A DNA stretch of 63,893 bases, counting the filler, from Octopus bimaculoides (Eukaryota), in the NCBI RefSeq assembly GCF_001194135.2. It is 8 parts of 8 records of this genome, joined end to end, with 100 filler letters (N's around TTAATTAATTAA, not from the genome) between each part and the next. Parts side by side here need not be neighbours in the genome. Positions count along the whole stretch, not along the records: positions 1 to 4,499 come from NC_068986.1; positions 4,600 to 9,663 come from NC_068989.1; positions 9,764 to 17,676 come from NW_026313738.1; 5 more parts are not named here. One strand, 5' to 3'. This document shows, in pieces, positions 1 through 13,263 of the stretch. The number at the start of each line of letters is the position of its first letter. Position 1 is the first letter of the stretch. Below the pieces are notes generated by a model. It saw only the letters and a list, made by a program, of their open reading frames with translations, ran no database searches and was not told the origin of the DNA. A program made the position numbers and the translations under genes.

Positions 1-455
1 GTGACAGGTAGAGGCGAAGAACAGTAGAGGGAAAAATGAGAGGGGGAGATAGAAATAGAGAGAATCGCGTTAGAAAAATAGTTAAAAACTTACTGTATAA
101 AGGTAACGCGTGCGTTCTGTCGTGATACAAACAATATATGAGTATATGCATATATATGTACATGTATGTATATACGTTCATCCACATGTACATATAGATA
201 CATAACTGGGTACATGACGTGGCAAAAGAACAAGGACAAAAATGGTAAACAAGGTGCAACAAACAAGCAGGCCACATAGAAACATCCCTTTCATCAGCTG
301 CCACCATTAAAACTCCGGCGTTTCGAAGAATTAAGGCAGTACGCATCGTTAAAAATATATATATATATATAGATAGATAGATATAGATATATATAATTTG
401 ACAAAGAAACAAGCGAAAATATTTCAAAAACATAAATAAAAAATTCGTGTGTGTT

Positions 456-500
<45 letters not shown>

Positions 501-1438
501 GAATATACACGCGCGCGCGCACTCATACATATTTATACACACATAGCTATTTATGTATATGGCTAGCTAGGTTGTTGCATTGTACTCGCATTACGTCACG
601 TTATTTGACATTGCACTAATTGCACTGTGCTGTTAACCCTAACCTTCCATTGTTATTGCTGTTATAATTCTTCAATTATTGTTATATCTGGAATGCGGGG
701 CGCAGGGGCAGGTGAGGAGTAAGTAATTTATATCAGCGATGTACCATTGGTGGTTGTGGTGGTGGTAGTGGTGGTAGTGGTGGTGGTGGTGGTGNNNNNN
801 NNNNNNNNNNNNNNNNNNNNNNNNNNNNNNNNNNNNNNNNNNNNNNNNNNNNNNNNNNNNNNNNNNNNNNNNNNNNNNNNNNNNNNNNNNNNNNNNNNNN
901 NNNNNNNNNNNNNNNNNNNNNNNNNNNNNNNNNNNNNNNNNNNNNNNNNNNNNNNNNNNNNNNNNNNNNNNNNNNNNNNNNNNNNNNNNNNNNNNNNNNN
1001 NNNNNNNNNNNNNNNNNNNNNNNNNNNNNNNNNNNNNNNNNNNNNNNNNNNNNNNNNNNNNNNNNNNNNNNNNNNNNNNNNNNNNNNNNNNNNNNNNNNN
1101 NNNNNNNNNNNNNNNNNNNNNNNNNNNNNNNNNNNNNNNNNNNNNNNNNNNNNNNNNNNNNNNNNNNNNNNNNNNNNNNNNNNNNNNNNNNNNNNNNNNN
1201 NNNNNNNNNNNNNNNNNNNNNNNNNNNNNNNNNNNNNNNNNNNNNNNNNNNNNNNNNNNNNNNNNNNNNNNNNNNNNNNNNNNNNNNNNNNNNNNNNNNN
1301 NNNNNNNNNNNNNNNNNNNNNNNNNNNNNNNNNNNNNNNNNNNNNNNNNNNNNNNNNNNNNNNNNNNNNNNNNNNNNNNNNNNNNNNNNNNNNNNACATA
1401 CATACATACATACATACATACATACATACATACATAAT

Positions 1439-1489
<51 letters not shown>

Positions 1490-2507
1490 TATCTATATAC
1501 ATATATATATATATATACATATATATATAATCATATATAGAGAGATGGAGAGAGAGAGGTGAGCGAGAGAGATAGAAGCAGTTTAGCGGATAAACAATTT
1601 AAATATATATAAAAATAATACCCTGGGTATGAAATACAAAATATGTACGCATATGTATAACGAGAGAAAGCAAAGAGTGAAGATGTCCAGACGAGGAATA
1701 TATAAGTATAAATATGTAGATATTTATATTGGTAGATCAAACTTACACAGAGTACAAACGACAGAGAAAATGGGGGCTCGGAGATCCGTCATAATCTTGG
1801 TAGATGTAGTTCATCACAATATGCAGACCATAATGGAAGCAATCAACATTAGATATATCGAGCCTCCATCATCAGGGTAGTGGTCTTACATTTCAGATCC
1901 ATGATGCAGAGAGGTTCAAAGGTGGAATGATTAAATGTGGAGAACAAGTGTTATTAGAGGGAGGAGGTAGGAGGGTCAGTGGGATTACAGAAAGCGTTAC
2001 GATGGAATGGTGATAGGTGATAAAAGAGCTAGTTCAGGAAGAAGAGGGTGGGGGCTAAAATAAGGGTGTTAAGGGAGGTAATAATAGAGGTGGAGAGTTG
2101 GGAGATGAGAGGGAGAGGTGGGATAAATAGTAATTGAAGGGTGGTCGGATGTTGTTCGGCTTATGAATGGGTGTCAAAGTATAGGGTATAGGGATAACAG
2201 CTATAGCATTATGGGATGTTGTAGGATTCGTTAGAATCCTACAATTGATTGGCATCCCCTTAAATACAGCAGTTTTATTATCAAATTCATTTTTCTTGCT
2301 AGCACATGCCTTAGCAAGCAGGTCAATTCAAATTCTCTACATACCTATATGATTATTTGTTTAAAATTAGCTGTGAGGGAAGACTTTTTTGCATCTAAGT
2401 AACCGAAGTTTTCGTTAATAGAACATGCTCCAGAAATGACTTGTGAATTTGTAAACTCCACTTGTGTTCTTAGATTTATACACACACACACACATGTACA
2501 TACATAC

Positions 2508-2577
<70 letters not shown>

Positions 2578-3221
2578 NNNNNNNNNNTTGAGTCAAGGAG
2601 GTCTGTATAACGTCCTTGGTTTGTAAACGTATATACGGTAACGTCCTTTATTATTATTGTATATATAACACAATGCAAACGTGTAGCCTTTTGTGCACTT
2701 TGTTTGCAGAAAATAAAGAAATAACAGTAATAACGTCAGTAAAAAATAAATATTAAGTAAATTGCCTTTACATATTTATCACTTAGAAACTTTTGCTTAG
2801 AAAATATTTTTCATTTTTACCTCATATATAGTACGCACTAAAAATTTTGACCTTTAAATTTTCGGGAAAAAGTACAATTTTCTTAATGTTCCATTTCTCC
2901 CCTCCTTCTTTGCTGTACACTGTCTATCTTCCACTCCTTACTATCTTTCGTCCCTTCTCCCTTCTCTTCTGCCTGTTTGCTCTCACGTGACTACAGGCCA
3001 TTTTTTTCCTCACCTCTGTCTTATCTGGACGTGACGTGTACTTAGCTGGGCATCATTTTTTTCTCACCACCCCAAATTTTTTCTCTCTTTTTTACTCTTC
3101 TATTTATTCTATATCCTTTCAAAATTTATCCCAGGCATTTACCCATTACAATACGTCTTGGCCTCACAGCCCTTAATGTTTGTCTTTGTCGATTGTTTAC
3201 TCTTCACGTACACTCTGTCGT

Positions 3222-4090
3222 TGTTTGAAGCATTACTTGAAGAAAATTCTTCATTATCAGTTGAAGAATTGGCAATAAAGCTTAGTTCAAACCTTACAAC
3301 TGTTCATCGTCATCTTCAACAACTTGGAAAGGTTCCTAAACTTGGAAAATGGGTGCCTCATGAATTGTCCGAAAGCAACCGCAAATCCCGAGTTGACATC
3401 TGCTCTTCTCTCCATTCTCGCGAACTCATTTCACCCTTTTTGGATAGACTTTTGACTGGTGACGAAAAATGGATCTTCTATCGAAATGTTAAACGTCTAA
3501 ACAGTGGCTTGGTAAAAGGGAAAAAGCTCAACAACAACCGAGAAGGGAACTTCATGGGGAAAAGGTTCTTCTCTCTATCTGGTGCGATTGCAAAAGAGTA
3601 ATTCACTTTGAATTGTTACCAATACAACAATCAATGCTTAAGTCTTCTGTCAGCAATTAGAGCGTTTTAACCAAGCTTTGAAGAAAAAAAGACCCGCTTT
3701 AGTGAATCGAAAAGTAGTGATGTTTCATCAGGACAATGCAAAGATCACATCACAGAAAATCGAAGAGCTTGGTTGGGAAAAAATTCCTCATCCACCTTAT
3801 TCTCTCGACCTAGCTCCTTCAGACTACCATTTGTTTCGTAGTTTACAGAATCATTTGGGGGGCATAACTTTCGCAAGCCAGGAGGAGGTCGAAACTGACA
3901 TTTCAGAGTTCTTCGCTTTGAAACCAAAAGAGTTTTACATTGATGGGATTAAAAAGCTTGTAAATAGATGGAAGGAAGTCATAGATAATCAGGGAAAGTA
4001 CATTGATGATTAAATTTCAATTAAATATAACATTTGATCACTTGTTTTCTTTATTCAAAATTCGGACAGAACTTATGGGATGACCTGATA
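3222..4090 (+). mobile_element. Mariner (Tc1/mariner, DD34D-type) transposon remnant: 5'-truncated, frameshifted transposase plus right TIR and TA
   Basis: ORFs 3158-3601 and 3678-4013 carry the mariner motifs WVPHEL, LLTGDEKWIFY, FHQDNA and HPPYSLDLAPSDYHLFRSLQN, with a frameshift between them. The right end reads ...TTCGGACAGAACTTATGGGATGACCTGA followed by TA (4089-4090). No left TIR is seen. Confidence 0.95.
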
Positions 4091-4104
4091 TATACACGAA
4101 AAGG

Positions 4105-4212
4105 CTGTAGTAGAGAAGACACACTCACCCAAGATACTACGCAGTGGGACTAAACTCGGAACCACGTGGTTGTGAAGCAAGCTTCTTACCACACAGACAC
4201 GCCTGCGCCTCT
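4105..4212 (-). mobile_element. tRNA-derived SINE family 1, 5' fragment
   Basis: The reverse complement matches the head of the SINE at 19866-20267 (gtgtggtaagaagcttgcttcacaaccacgtggttccgagtttagtcccactgcgtag...). Confidence 0.75.
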
Positions 4213-4271
4213 TATACGTATTTATGATTTTATGTTGATAGGTTTAATTATAGATACAATAGTTCCACACT

Positions 4272-4273
<2 letters not shown>

Positions 4274-4337
<64 letters not shown>
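4274..4337. repeat. (GATA)n microsatellite
   Basis: Near-perfect GATA tandem run. Confidence 0.95.
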
Positions 4338-4543
4338 CTGATAGAGAGAAGGGGACTTGAAAATACAGGCAAGCGTGAACGGAGAGGCGTGCAAGAACAC
4401 ACATACGTATCCACAACCACATACTCACATACATGAATACATGTATGGAGTGATATACAAGTATAGTCATAAACTCTCACCACCACCACCACCACCACCN
4501 NNNNNNNNNNNNNNNNNNNNNNNNNNNNNNNNNNNNNNNNNNN

Positions 4544-4555
4544 TTAATTAATTAA
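4544..4555. other. Artificial scaffold-join spacer TTAATTAATTAA in 44 N flanks (also 9708-9719, 17721-17732, 26453-26464, 40251-40262, 56127-56138, 59323-59334)
   Basis: The identical 12-mer has stops in all six frames, is always flanked by 44 N on each side and occurs seven times. Confidence 0.95.
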
Positions 4556-4812
4556 NNNNNNNNNNNNNNNNNNNNNNNNNNNNNNNNNNNNNNNNNNNNT
4601 TACATTTCCATCTCTCATGCAATCTTTATTTCCATAATTCGCTCCTTCCATAATTTTCCACTGTAGCAGACGATATATAATTTCTAATGATCGGCCATCT
4701 TAGCTTATTTTTTTTTCTCTTCTTTTTCTAACTTTTCTTTCATTTTCTTTCGCTTTTTTTATCATTTGTTGATTTCTATATGATTGTCTCACTCTCTCTC
4801 TCTCGCTCTCTC

Positions 4813-4847
<35 letters not shown>

Positions 4848-5170
4848 CTCTCTGTCACTCTTTCTTTATTTCCTTCTTTCCTTCTTCCCTTCTTTTTTCT
4901 TGTATTTTGAAGGGAATATAGTTTGTTGTGCAATGTGGCATATATGCGTGTCTGTATGTGATGTGTGTTGTGTTTTGTATGTATGATGTATGCACGTATG
5001 TGAGTATGTATTTTAGATGAATATAGCCTGTGTGTCCTCTGTGTGCGCGTAGGTGTATGTGTGTAGGTGTGTGTTATTGTGCATCATGTGTCTGTAGTAC
5101 GTAATACGTGTTTGCAGTGCGTCGTTTGTGGTACAATGACGTATGTGTCGTGAGATGCGTGTATGACGTA

Positions 5171-5214
<44 letters not shown>

Positions 5215-7292
5215 TAAATTAAACGTATTGTGGAGTGTGTTTATGCGAGCGTACGCTTGTGTGCATGTATGCGTTTGTGTATAAATCTTATGATATACAT
5301 TGTGCTATGCTGTGTACGCAGGTTCAGTCGCGTATTGTTTATTGTGAGTGCAGAATTCGTGTTCTATATGAATTGTATTATAGGTTGTATGCCGTTGCGT
5401 GCGTTTTGTAGAGGGGCGTTCCCCGGTGTATACTGTATTGTGTAAGCTGTTCGTATGTTGTGGTGCATGGTATAGGTGTGTGTGTTATTTTTTAGAATAA
5501 TGTAGTGCTTATGACATATATGGTTCACGTTGTGTAGTATAATTTCTGGAGTGTATGTCTAGCGGCAGTGATGTACCCAGGGAGTATGGAAGCTCGTGAA
5601 TTTGTTACTCCACTCCGAGACACCAAATCTATATAAGTTTATAGAGCTGGCCCATCATTGCCGTTCCATAAAAGTGTCACTTGAGACGCATCGTCACAAT
5701 CTACGCTACTGTGTTGTATGCGGTACAGTTAATAATTAAGTTTTAGGGATATACGTAGATTCAGTGAGGCGTATCGTGCGTGTATCTGTGTGTATGTGCA
5801 TCTGTGTGCGTGTGTGTATGCGTTTGTGTATATTCAGGTAGTATATGTGTGTGGTGCTAACGATTCTGCCAGTGTGAGATTATAGTGTAATATAGGTGAG
5901 TCCTGTATGTGTGTGTACGTCTGTTGTTGTATAATAGACCCGCTGTATGAAAGTACTGCTGCGTATCGCGTGACCTAGGTACTGTATATATATATATNNN
6001 NNNNNNNNNNNNNNNNNNNNNNNNNNNNNNNNNNNNNNNNNNNNNNNNNNNNNNNNNNNNNNNNNNNNNNNNNNNNNNNNNNNNNNNNNNNNNNNNNNNN
6101 NNNNNNNNNNNNNNNNNNNNNNNNNNNNNNNNNNNNNNNNNNNNNNNNNNNNNNNNNNNNNNNNNNNNNNNNNNNNNNNNNNNNNNNNNNNNNNNNNNNN
6201 NNNNNNNNNNNNNNNNNNNNNNNNNNNNNNNNNNNNNNNNNNNNNNNNNNNNNNNNNNNNNNNNNNNNNNNNNNNNNNNNNNNNNNNNNNNNNNNNNNNN
6301 NNNNNNNNNNNNNNNNNNNNNNNNNNNNNNNNNNNNNNNNNNNNNNNNNNNNNNNNNNNNNNNNNNNNNNNNNNNNNNNNNNNNNNNNNNNNNNNNNNNN
6401 NNNNNNNNNNNNNNNNNNNNNNNNNNNNNNNNNNNNNNNNNNNNNNNNNNNNNNNNNNNNNNNNNNNNNNNNNNNNNNNNNNNNNNNNNNNNNNNNNNNN
6501 NNNNNNNNNNNNNNNNNNNNNNNNNNNNNNNNNNNNNNNNNNNNNNNNNNNNNNNNNNNNNNNNNNNNNNNNNNNNNNNNNNNNNNNNNNNNNNNNNNNN
6601 NNNNNNNNNNNNNNNNNNNNNNNNNNNNNNNNNNNNNNNNNNNNNNNNNNNNNNNNNNNNNNNNNNNNNNNNNNNNNNNNNNNNNNNNNNNNNNNNNNNN
6701 NNNNNNNNNNNNNNNNNNNNNNNNNNNNNNNNNNNNNNNNNNNNNNNNNNNNNNNNNNNNNNNNNNNNNNNNNNNNNNNNNNNNNNNNNNNNNNNNNNNN
6801 NNNNNNNNNNNNNNNNNNNNNNNNNNNNNNNNNNNNNNNNNNNNNNNNNNNNNNNNNNNNNNNNNNNNNNNNNNNNNNNNNGTGTGTGTGTGTGTGTGTG
6901 TGTGTGAGTGTGTGTGTGTGTACATGCATATATGTGTGTGGGTGGATATAACATGTATATACTATGTACGTTGTGGATACATATACATATAAAGAGAGCG
7001 TAAAATGAGACATGAGGAGGAGAACGCCGTGTCAGGTGGAGCACTTTCGGACTCGTTGTCATCGTTACATTCGCAGGTGATATTGTTGTTGTTGTTACCA
7101 ATGTTTCCCTTACAGGCGTTTGTATGTTTCGCTTTGTTTCAGTTGTTAAAATCGATGGTACTGTTATTGTTAACTTGTGTCGTTAACAATTACTGGTATA
7201 AAATCCCTAATTAACACATCCTAACAATTGAAGGAACCACTGTTCTTTTCATATTTATTTAGTTTTAAATCTTATTTAGTTTAATTTTAAAA

Positions 7293-7328
<36 letters not shown>

Positions 7329-8377
7329 NNNNNNNNNNNNNNNNNNNNNNNNNNNNNNNNNNNNNNNNNNNNNNNNNNNNNNNNNNNNNNNNNNNNNNNN
7401 NNNNNNNNNNNNNNNNNNNNNNNNNNNNNNNNNNNNNNNNNNNNNNNNNNNNNNNNNNNNNNNNNNNNNNNNNNNNNNNNNNNNNNNNNNNNNNNNNNNN
7501 NNNNNNNNNNNNNNNNNNNNNNNNNNNNNNNNNNNNNNNNNNNNNNNNNNNNNNNNNNNNNNNNNNNNNNNNNNNNNNNNNNNNNNNNNNNNNNNNNNNN
7601 NNNNNNNNNNNNNNNNNNNNNNNNNNNNNNNNNNNNNNNNNNNNNNNNNNNNNNNNNNNNNNNNNNNNNNNNNNNNNNNNNNNNNNNNNNNNNNNNNNNN
7701 NNNNNNNNNNNNNNNNNNNNNNNNNNNNNNNNNNNNNNNNNNNNNNNNNNNNNNNNNNNNNNNNNNNNNNNNNNNNNNNNNNNNNNNNNNNNNNNNNNNN
7801 NNNNNNNNNNNNNNNNNNNNNNNNNNNNNNNNNNNNNNNNNNNNNNNNNNNNNNNNNNNNNNNNNNNNNNNNNNNNNNNNNNNNNNNNNNNNNNNNNNNN
7901 NNNNNNNNNNNNNNNNNNNNNNNNNNNNNNNNNNNNNNNNNNNNNNNNNNNNNNNNNNNNNNNNNNNNNNNNNNNNNNNNNNNNNNNNNNNNNNNNNNNN
8001 NNNNNNNNNNNNNNNNNNNNNNNNNNNNNNNNNNNNNNNNNNNNNNNNNNNNNNNNNNNNNNNNNNNNNNNNNNNNNNNNNNNNNNNNNNNNNNNNNNNN
8101 NNNNNNNNNNNNNNNNNNNNNNNNNNNNNNNNNNNNNNNNNNNNNNNNNNNNNNNNNNNNNNNNNNNNNNNNNNNNNNNNNNNNNNNNNNNNNNNNNNNN
8201 NNNNNNNNNTATATATATATATATATATTCCTATGTATGCATATATGTATGCATACATGTATAGAAATATAACTATATATATATATACATAAATATACAT
8301 ATATGTATATGCGCGTGTGCGTTTGTATGTATGTATGTATGTATGTATGTATCTTTGTATGTATGCATGCCTGAGTG

Positions 8378-8411
<34 letters not shown>

Positions 8412-8784
8412 CGTGCGTATATTTATGGTGGAAAGGATTAGCGAGCTATCGATAATATGTGTATATCTAAATAGCAATAAAGATTTAATGTTTGATCATA
8501 TCAAGCCGGGAGAATTTATGAGAGACGTGCAGCTAGGAAATGAGGGTGAGACAGAGAGACAGAGAGACAAAAAGAGTGAGTGAGAGAAAGAGAGAGAGAG
8601 ATGAGGGAGGGAGAAAGAGAGACATGGTGTAGAAAGGGTCATATTGACGGGGAAGAGAGAGAAGAACTGATAAAAAGGAGAAGGTGAGAGAGTGAGAGAC
8701 AGGGAGTGAGATAGAGAGAGAGAGATGGATAAAGCACATGTTCGATATATAGAGACTGAAGTTTAGCGGTAACCAGCAGAAGAG

Positions 8785-8839
<55 letters not shown>

Positions 8840-9045
8840 NNNNNNNNNNCTATTTCGAATTCTAAGGCTTGCAGTTTCTTTAGTAGATGGGATTCTTTCA
8901 TTCTTACAGGAAATACCATGGCACCCTATTCGAAATGGCTTACCAATTTCGTAACATTACAAAAACGTAGCCTGTTGCCTATTCTTGTATTATGCAGCAA
9001 TACGTGCGCGCGCGCGCGTATTTACATATATATATATATTATATG

Positions 9046-9083
<38 letters not shown>

Positions 9084-9212
9084 ACATATAAACATAAATA
9101 TATAAATAAACAAGCATATGACTGTGTATATATATGTGTGTATACTCACACTATATAGAGATATATACACTCATACTGCTGCTGCTGCCGATACTACTAC
9201 TACTACTACTAG

Positions 9213-9248
<36 letters not shown>

Positions 9249-9608
9249 AATATAATTCAGGCTGCTCATTAAATTTCATCATATTGGATCTTTGGTCTCC
9301 ATTTGTGTGTGTGTGTGTGCGTGTGTGCGCGCGTACGTTTGCTCTCTGTCTTGTGTTCTTGCTCCATTACCATTTCTATGTGGAGCAGAATTACAAGACA
9401 GACGGCCACATGAATAGTAACGATGCCGTTTGCTGGAACCGACCAGTAAAAACCATTGCAGATGAACGGATATTAATCCAAACAGAGAAAGCCAAAGACA
9501 GAACTACTTAGCATAAATATAGAATTCCTGGCTTGGATTAGGAGAAATATCTTTCTTCTTAATAATGTATTGTGGTTTTATAGATCTGGGAAGCGAGTAA
9601 GAGAGAGT

Positions 9609-9663
<55 letters not shown>

Positions 9664-9830
9664 NNNNNNNNNNNNNNNNNNNNNNNNNNNNNNNNNNNNN
9701 NNNNNNNTTAATTAATTAANNNNNNNNNNNNNNNNNNNNNNNNNNNNNNNNNNNNNNNNNNNNATAACATGTCTAGGTGAGACAGGCTGACACTGAAGTG
9801 GCTTCGCGCCCTCCATTGTCAGTTAAAGTT

Positions 9831-10010
9831 CAGACAGTGTCATGTGACAACTTGCTGGGGCTACTTGCTGGAGCCTAGCAGCGGGAAGTTTAGACAGTGT
9901 CATGTGACAACTTGCTGGTGCTGCCTACTGGACCCTAGCAGCGGGAAATTTAGACAGTGTCACGTGACAACTAGCTGTGGCTGCCTGCTGGAGCCTAGCA
10001 GCAGATATAA
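9831..10010. repeat. Three tandem 60-bp repeats, each containing TGTCA(T/C)GTGACA
   Basis: Units start at 9831, 9891 and 9951 with an exact 60-bp period: (c/t)agacagtgtca(t/c)gtgacaact(t/a)gctg...g(a)(g/c)cctagcagc. Confidence 0.95.
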
Positions 10011-10038
10011 AAAGGGGAACTTGACATGACGATCAGTC
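10006..10038 (+). promoter_or_regulatory. Putative Pol II core promoter (TATA box + Inr) of the LTR
   Basis: TATAAAAA at 10006-10013 and TCAGTC at 10033-10038. The Inr A lies 29 nt from the first T of TATA, which is canonical spacing. Confidence 0.55.
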
Positions 10039-11141
10039 GGACGCTGACATTCGTTGATGCTGCATCGAAGAGACCAGAGAATAGAAGAAAGAAGACATGC
10101 ACCCAACACCAGAGCTGAAGACACCTCAGAAAGGAGGGACCCCGCCACGTCAAAACGGTAGAGGAGAAGGGGCCGAAACTGGACGTGGTTCCTCCTGATG
10201 ATGTCTTGAGCTAATTGGATCCTATAAAGGAGCTGTTGTGGTAGCAGACCACGAAACATGGTTGAAATTCTTCCTATATAGACTTCGAAACATGCTGCTG
10301 ATTCCATTACAGCTTTCAGCGAGTGAACGTCTTCGTGGTTGCTCGATCTCCAAAGTAAGAGGACCGAAATATCTCCCGTTCCATTGCCCACCGTCTTAAG
10401 AAAAGGATGGTTTAATTAGATAATTTAGTTCTAGATAAACAAAGCTTGAAAAGAAGATCTACACTGGACTCTGTTCGACTGCTTTTACTCTTAGGATAGC
10501 TAAAAGAACGGTAACAAATTATAGTTGAAAATGAAAATGAAAATTGCCGAAGATTTATCGCTACGTCTTGGCAACAGCTAATTCGATTAATGACAATAAT
10601 TTATTATATTCGCTGATAAAGTTTTGATGTCACTAATTGTGAGACACAGGTAGGGAGATGATTACAATTGCCTTATAATGTCTATTATCGTAAGTAAAGT
10701 AAAATAAGTTTTTAAAAAAACTTGTTTCAGGCAAATCTTTTCGTGTACATGTGTGTGTCAAGTAAAAGCAGCTCTTGTATAATAAATATTGGGATTGGGG
10801 GTGTGTTATCTCGACTGTCCATGACTCTAACATGTTTTAACACCGGTGACATGAGAGTAATATACTCCGCTACGCCATTACATACACCGGCACCACCGGA
10901 AAAATACACAAAGCATATACATTAGTATATGTATTGAATATTTTTTATACTAAAGCTGGTTTTACTTCAAACGTAAATTTTCTTTTACGTATGCAATTTC
11001 CGGGCATACCAGCTCATGATTTTACAAGCTAGGAGCATATGAGTCACTGGATTGACTGGGTGGCTCGCCTTCAACGTAGGCGGATACGTGATATTGAAAA
11101 GCCACATATATACATATATGTATATGTATATACACACACAC

Positions 11142-11176
<35 letters not shown>

Positions 11177-11994
11177 GGTACATGTTTACATATACATATA
11201 CACACATAGTTATGTATATATANNNNNNNNNNNNNNNNNNNNNNNNNNNNNNNNNNNNNNNNNNNNNNNNNNNNNNNNNNNNNNNNNNNNNNNNNNNNNN
11301 NNNNNNNNNNNNNNNNNNNNNNNNNNNNNNNNNNNNNNNNNNNNNNNNNNNNNNNNNNNNNNNNNNNNNNNNNNNNNNNNNNNNNNNNNNNNNNNNNNNN
11401 NNNNNNNNNNNNNNNNNNNNNNNNNNNNNNNNNNNNNNNNNNNNNNNNNNNNNNNNNNNNNNNNNNNNNNNNNNNNNNNNNNNNNNNNNNNNNNNNNNNN
11501 NNNNNNNNNNNNNNNNNNNNNNNNNNNNNNNNNNNNNNNNNNNNNNNNNNNNNNNNNNNNNNNNNNNNNNNNNNNNNNNNNNNNNNNNNNNNNNNNATAT
11601 ATATATATATATATAGACAAACACACACATATATAAACGCAATGTGTTCGAAAACAGAATACTGCATAGTTTACCTTGAGAGAAACTCTCATAAAGACTC
11701 GTGCTGCATAAAAGCATATGCAATTGTATTGTTGACAAACGAAACTCGTCTACTACGTCCTCCGGAATTGCGAGATCACGTAATTTCACCCTTCTGTGGA
11801 TTCTTAAGTAACAGATGTCCAACCGAATCTCCCATCAATGATATAATTACAGGTGCTTTTATGTAGTACGAGTCCCTCTGAGAAATTCTTTCCAGATAGA
11901 TAACGATAACGTAGTATTTTGTGCTCTAACACGTGAAGCTGGAGATCAACATACCTTTTGGTAATAATACCGCTTTTATCGCTATTAATTATTA

Positions 11995-12045
<51 letters not shown>

Positions 12046-12396
12046 CAACGGGCTTCTGCATATTTTCCGTCTTTCAATTTTGATATTAGACACCGGTCTA
12101 TACAATGTTACTGCAGAAATACTTGCCCGAACGTCGTGGAGTTGGCTTATACGAGAAATTACGTGGTTGCGAAGCTCACTATGTGACCACAATGAATTAT
12201 ATATTATAATCATTTTTGTCATAATGTAACTGATATCTTTAATGATGCTTGTTTTCTCAAATTCAAGAAGTGTGCAAGGAAATTATTTTCAAGAAAAATG
12301 GAATAAGATTGATGAGGGGGTAATTATTAATGATAAAACAAATTTTAAATGTCACAGAACTTTATCGTCTTCAGACTAACATGTAATAAATATTTA

Positions 12397-12561
<165 letters not shown>

Positions 12562-12678
12562 CTATTTTCGTTTCAATATGATATAATTACAATAGATACA
12601 GAGACCTAATGATTGAAGCTTCAGATAAACGAGTTATTACTACACAATACTCGAACGGTTTACCTTATATACTTGCAT

Positions 12679-12804
12679 AAGTATATTTGCCACTTAAATG
12701 CGGCTAAACCCTAAGGGTGAATGTTACTATTGCTCTCCTCGGGCTAAAAGTAACAGTAACATTCACCCTTAGGGTTTAGCCGCGTTTAAGTGGCAAATAT
12801 ACTT
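12679..12804. repeat. Near-perfect inverted repeat (50-bp arms, 26-nt loop); small fold-back or MITE-like element
   Basis: 12679-12728 versus 12755-12804 match at 49 of 50 bases in reverse complement. Confidence 0.9.
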
Positions 12805-12805
12805 C

Positions 12806-12847
<42 letters not shown>

Positions 12848-13178
12848 NNNNNNNNNNNNNNNNNNNNNNNNNNNNNNNNNNNNNNNNNNNNNNNNNNNNN
12901 NNNNNNNNNNNNNNNNNNNNNNNNNNNNNNNNNNNNNNNNNNNNNNNNNNNNNNNNNNNNNNNNNNNNNNNNNNNNNNNNNNNNNNNNNNNNNNNNNNNN
13001 NNNNNNNNNNNNNNNNNNNNNNNNNNNNNNNNNNNNNNNNNNNNNNNNNNNNNNNNNNNNNNNNNNNNNNNNNNNNNNNNNNNNNNNNNNNNNNNNNNNN
13101 NNNNNNNNNNNNNNNNNNNNNNNNNNNNNNNNNNNNNNNNNNNNNNNNNNNNNNNNNNNNNNNNNNNNNNNNNNNNNN

Positions 13179-13213
<35 letters not shown>

Positions 13214-13263
13214 TATGAATTTGTGTTGCAAGATTTCTGATGTGAAACCGTGTCTTGAAGCAG

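Larger units (their letters stand above)
9764..10516 (+). mobile_element. Probable long terminal repeat (solo or 3' LTR; 5' end lost at the scaffold edge)
   Basis: GC-richer block with 3 x 60-bp tandem repeats, then TATAAAAA (10006) and TCAGT (10033). A plausible LTR end ...GAACGGTAACA lies at 10516 with no TGG primer-binding site after it. No gag/pol is seen. Confidence 0.6.

Noticed and set aside
285-330. Hammerhead ribozyme on the minus strand (GAAAC...GTT...CTGATGA)
   Set aside because: Both core motifs are present but in the order GAAA then CTGATGA, and stems I and II do not pair convincingly. It may be a Penelope-type pLTR remnant but is not callable.
2600-3220. Left end of the mariner element
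   Set aside because: No match to the right TIR; this is an unrelated, unclassified pyrimidine-rich sequence fused to the truncated transposase.
6965-7200. First coding exon MRHEEENAVSGGALSDSLSSLHSQ|gtgata, or a Thr-rich minus-strand exon
   Set aside because: Both strands are open over a decayed (AAC)n-like stretch, with no homology or other support.
9831-10010. CRISPR-like array
   Set aside because: Contiguous 60-bp tandem units with no unique spacers and no cas genes, in a eukaryotic LTR context.
9960-10391. 143-aa minus-strand ORF as a gene
   Set aside because: It lies antisense within the putative LTR, starts at a GTG codon and has no recognisable domain.
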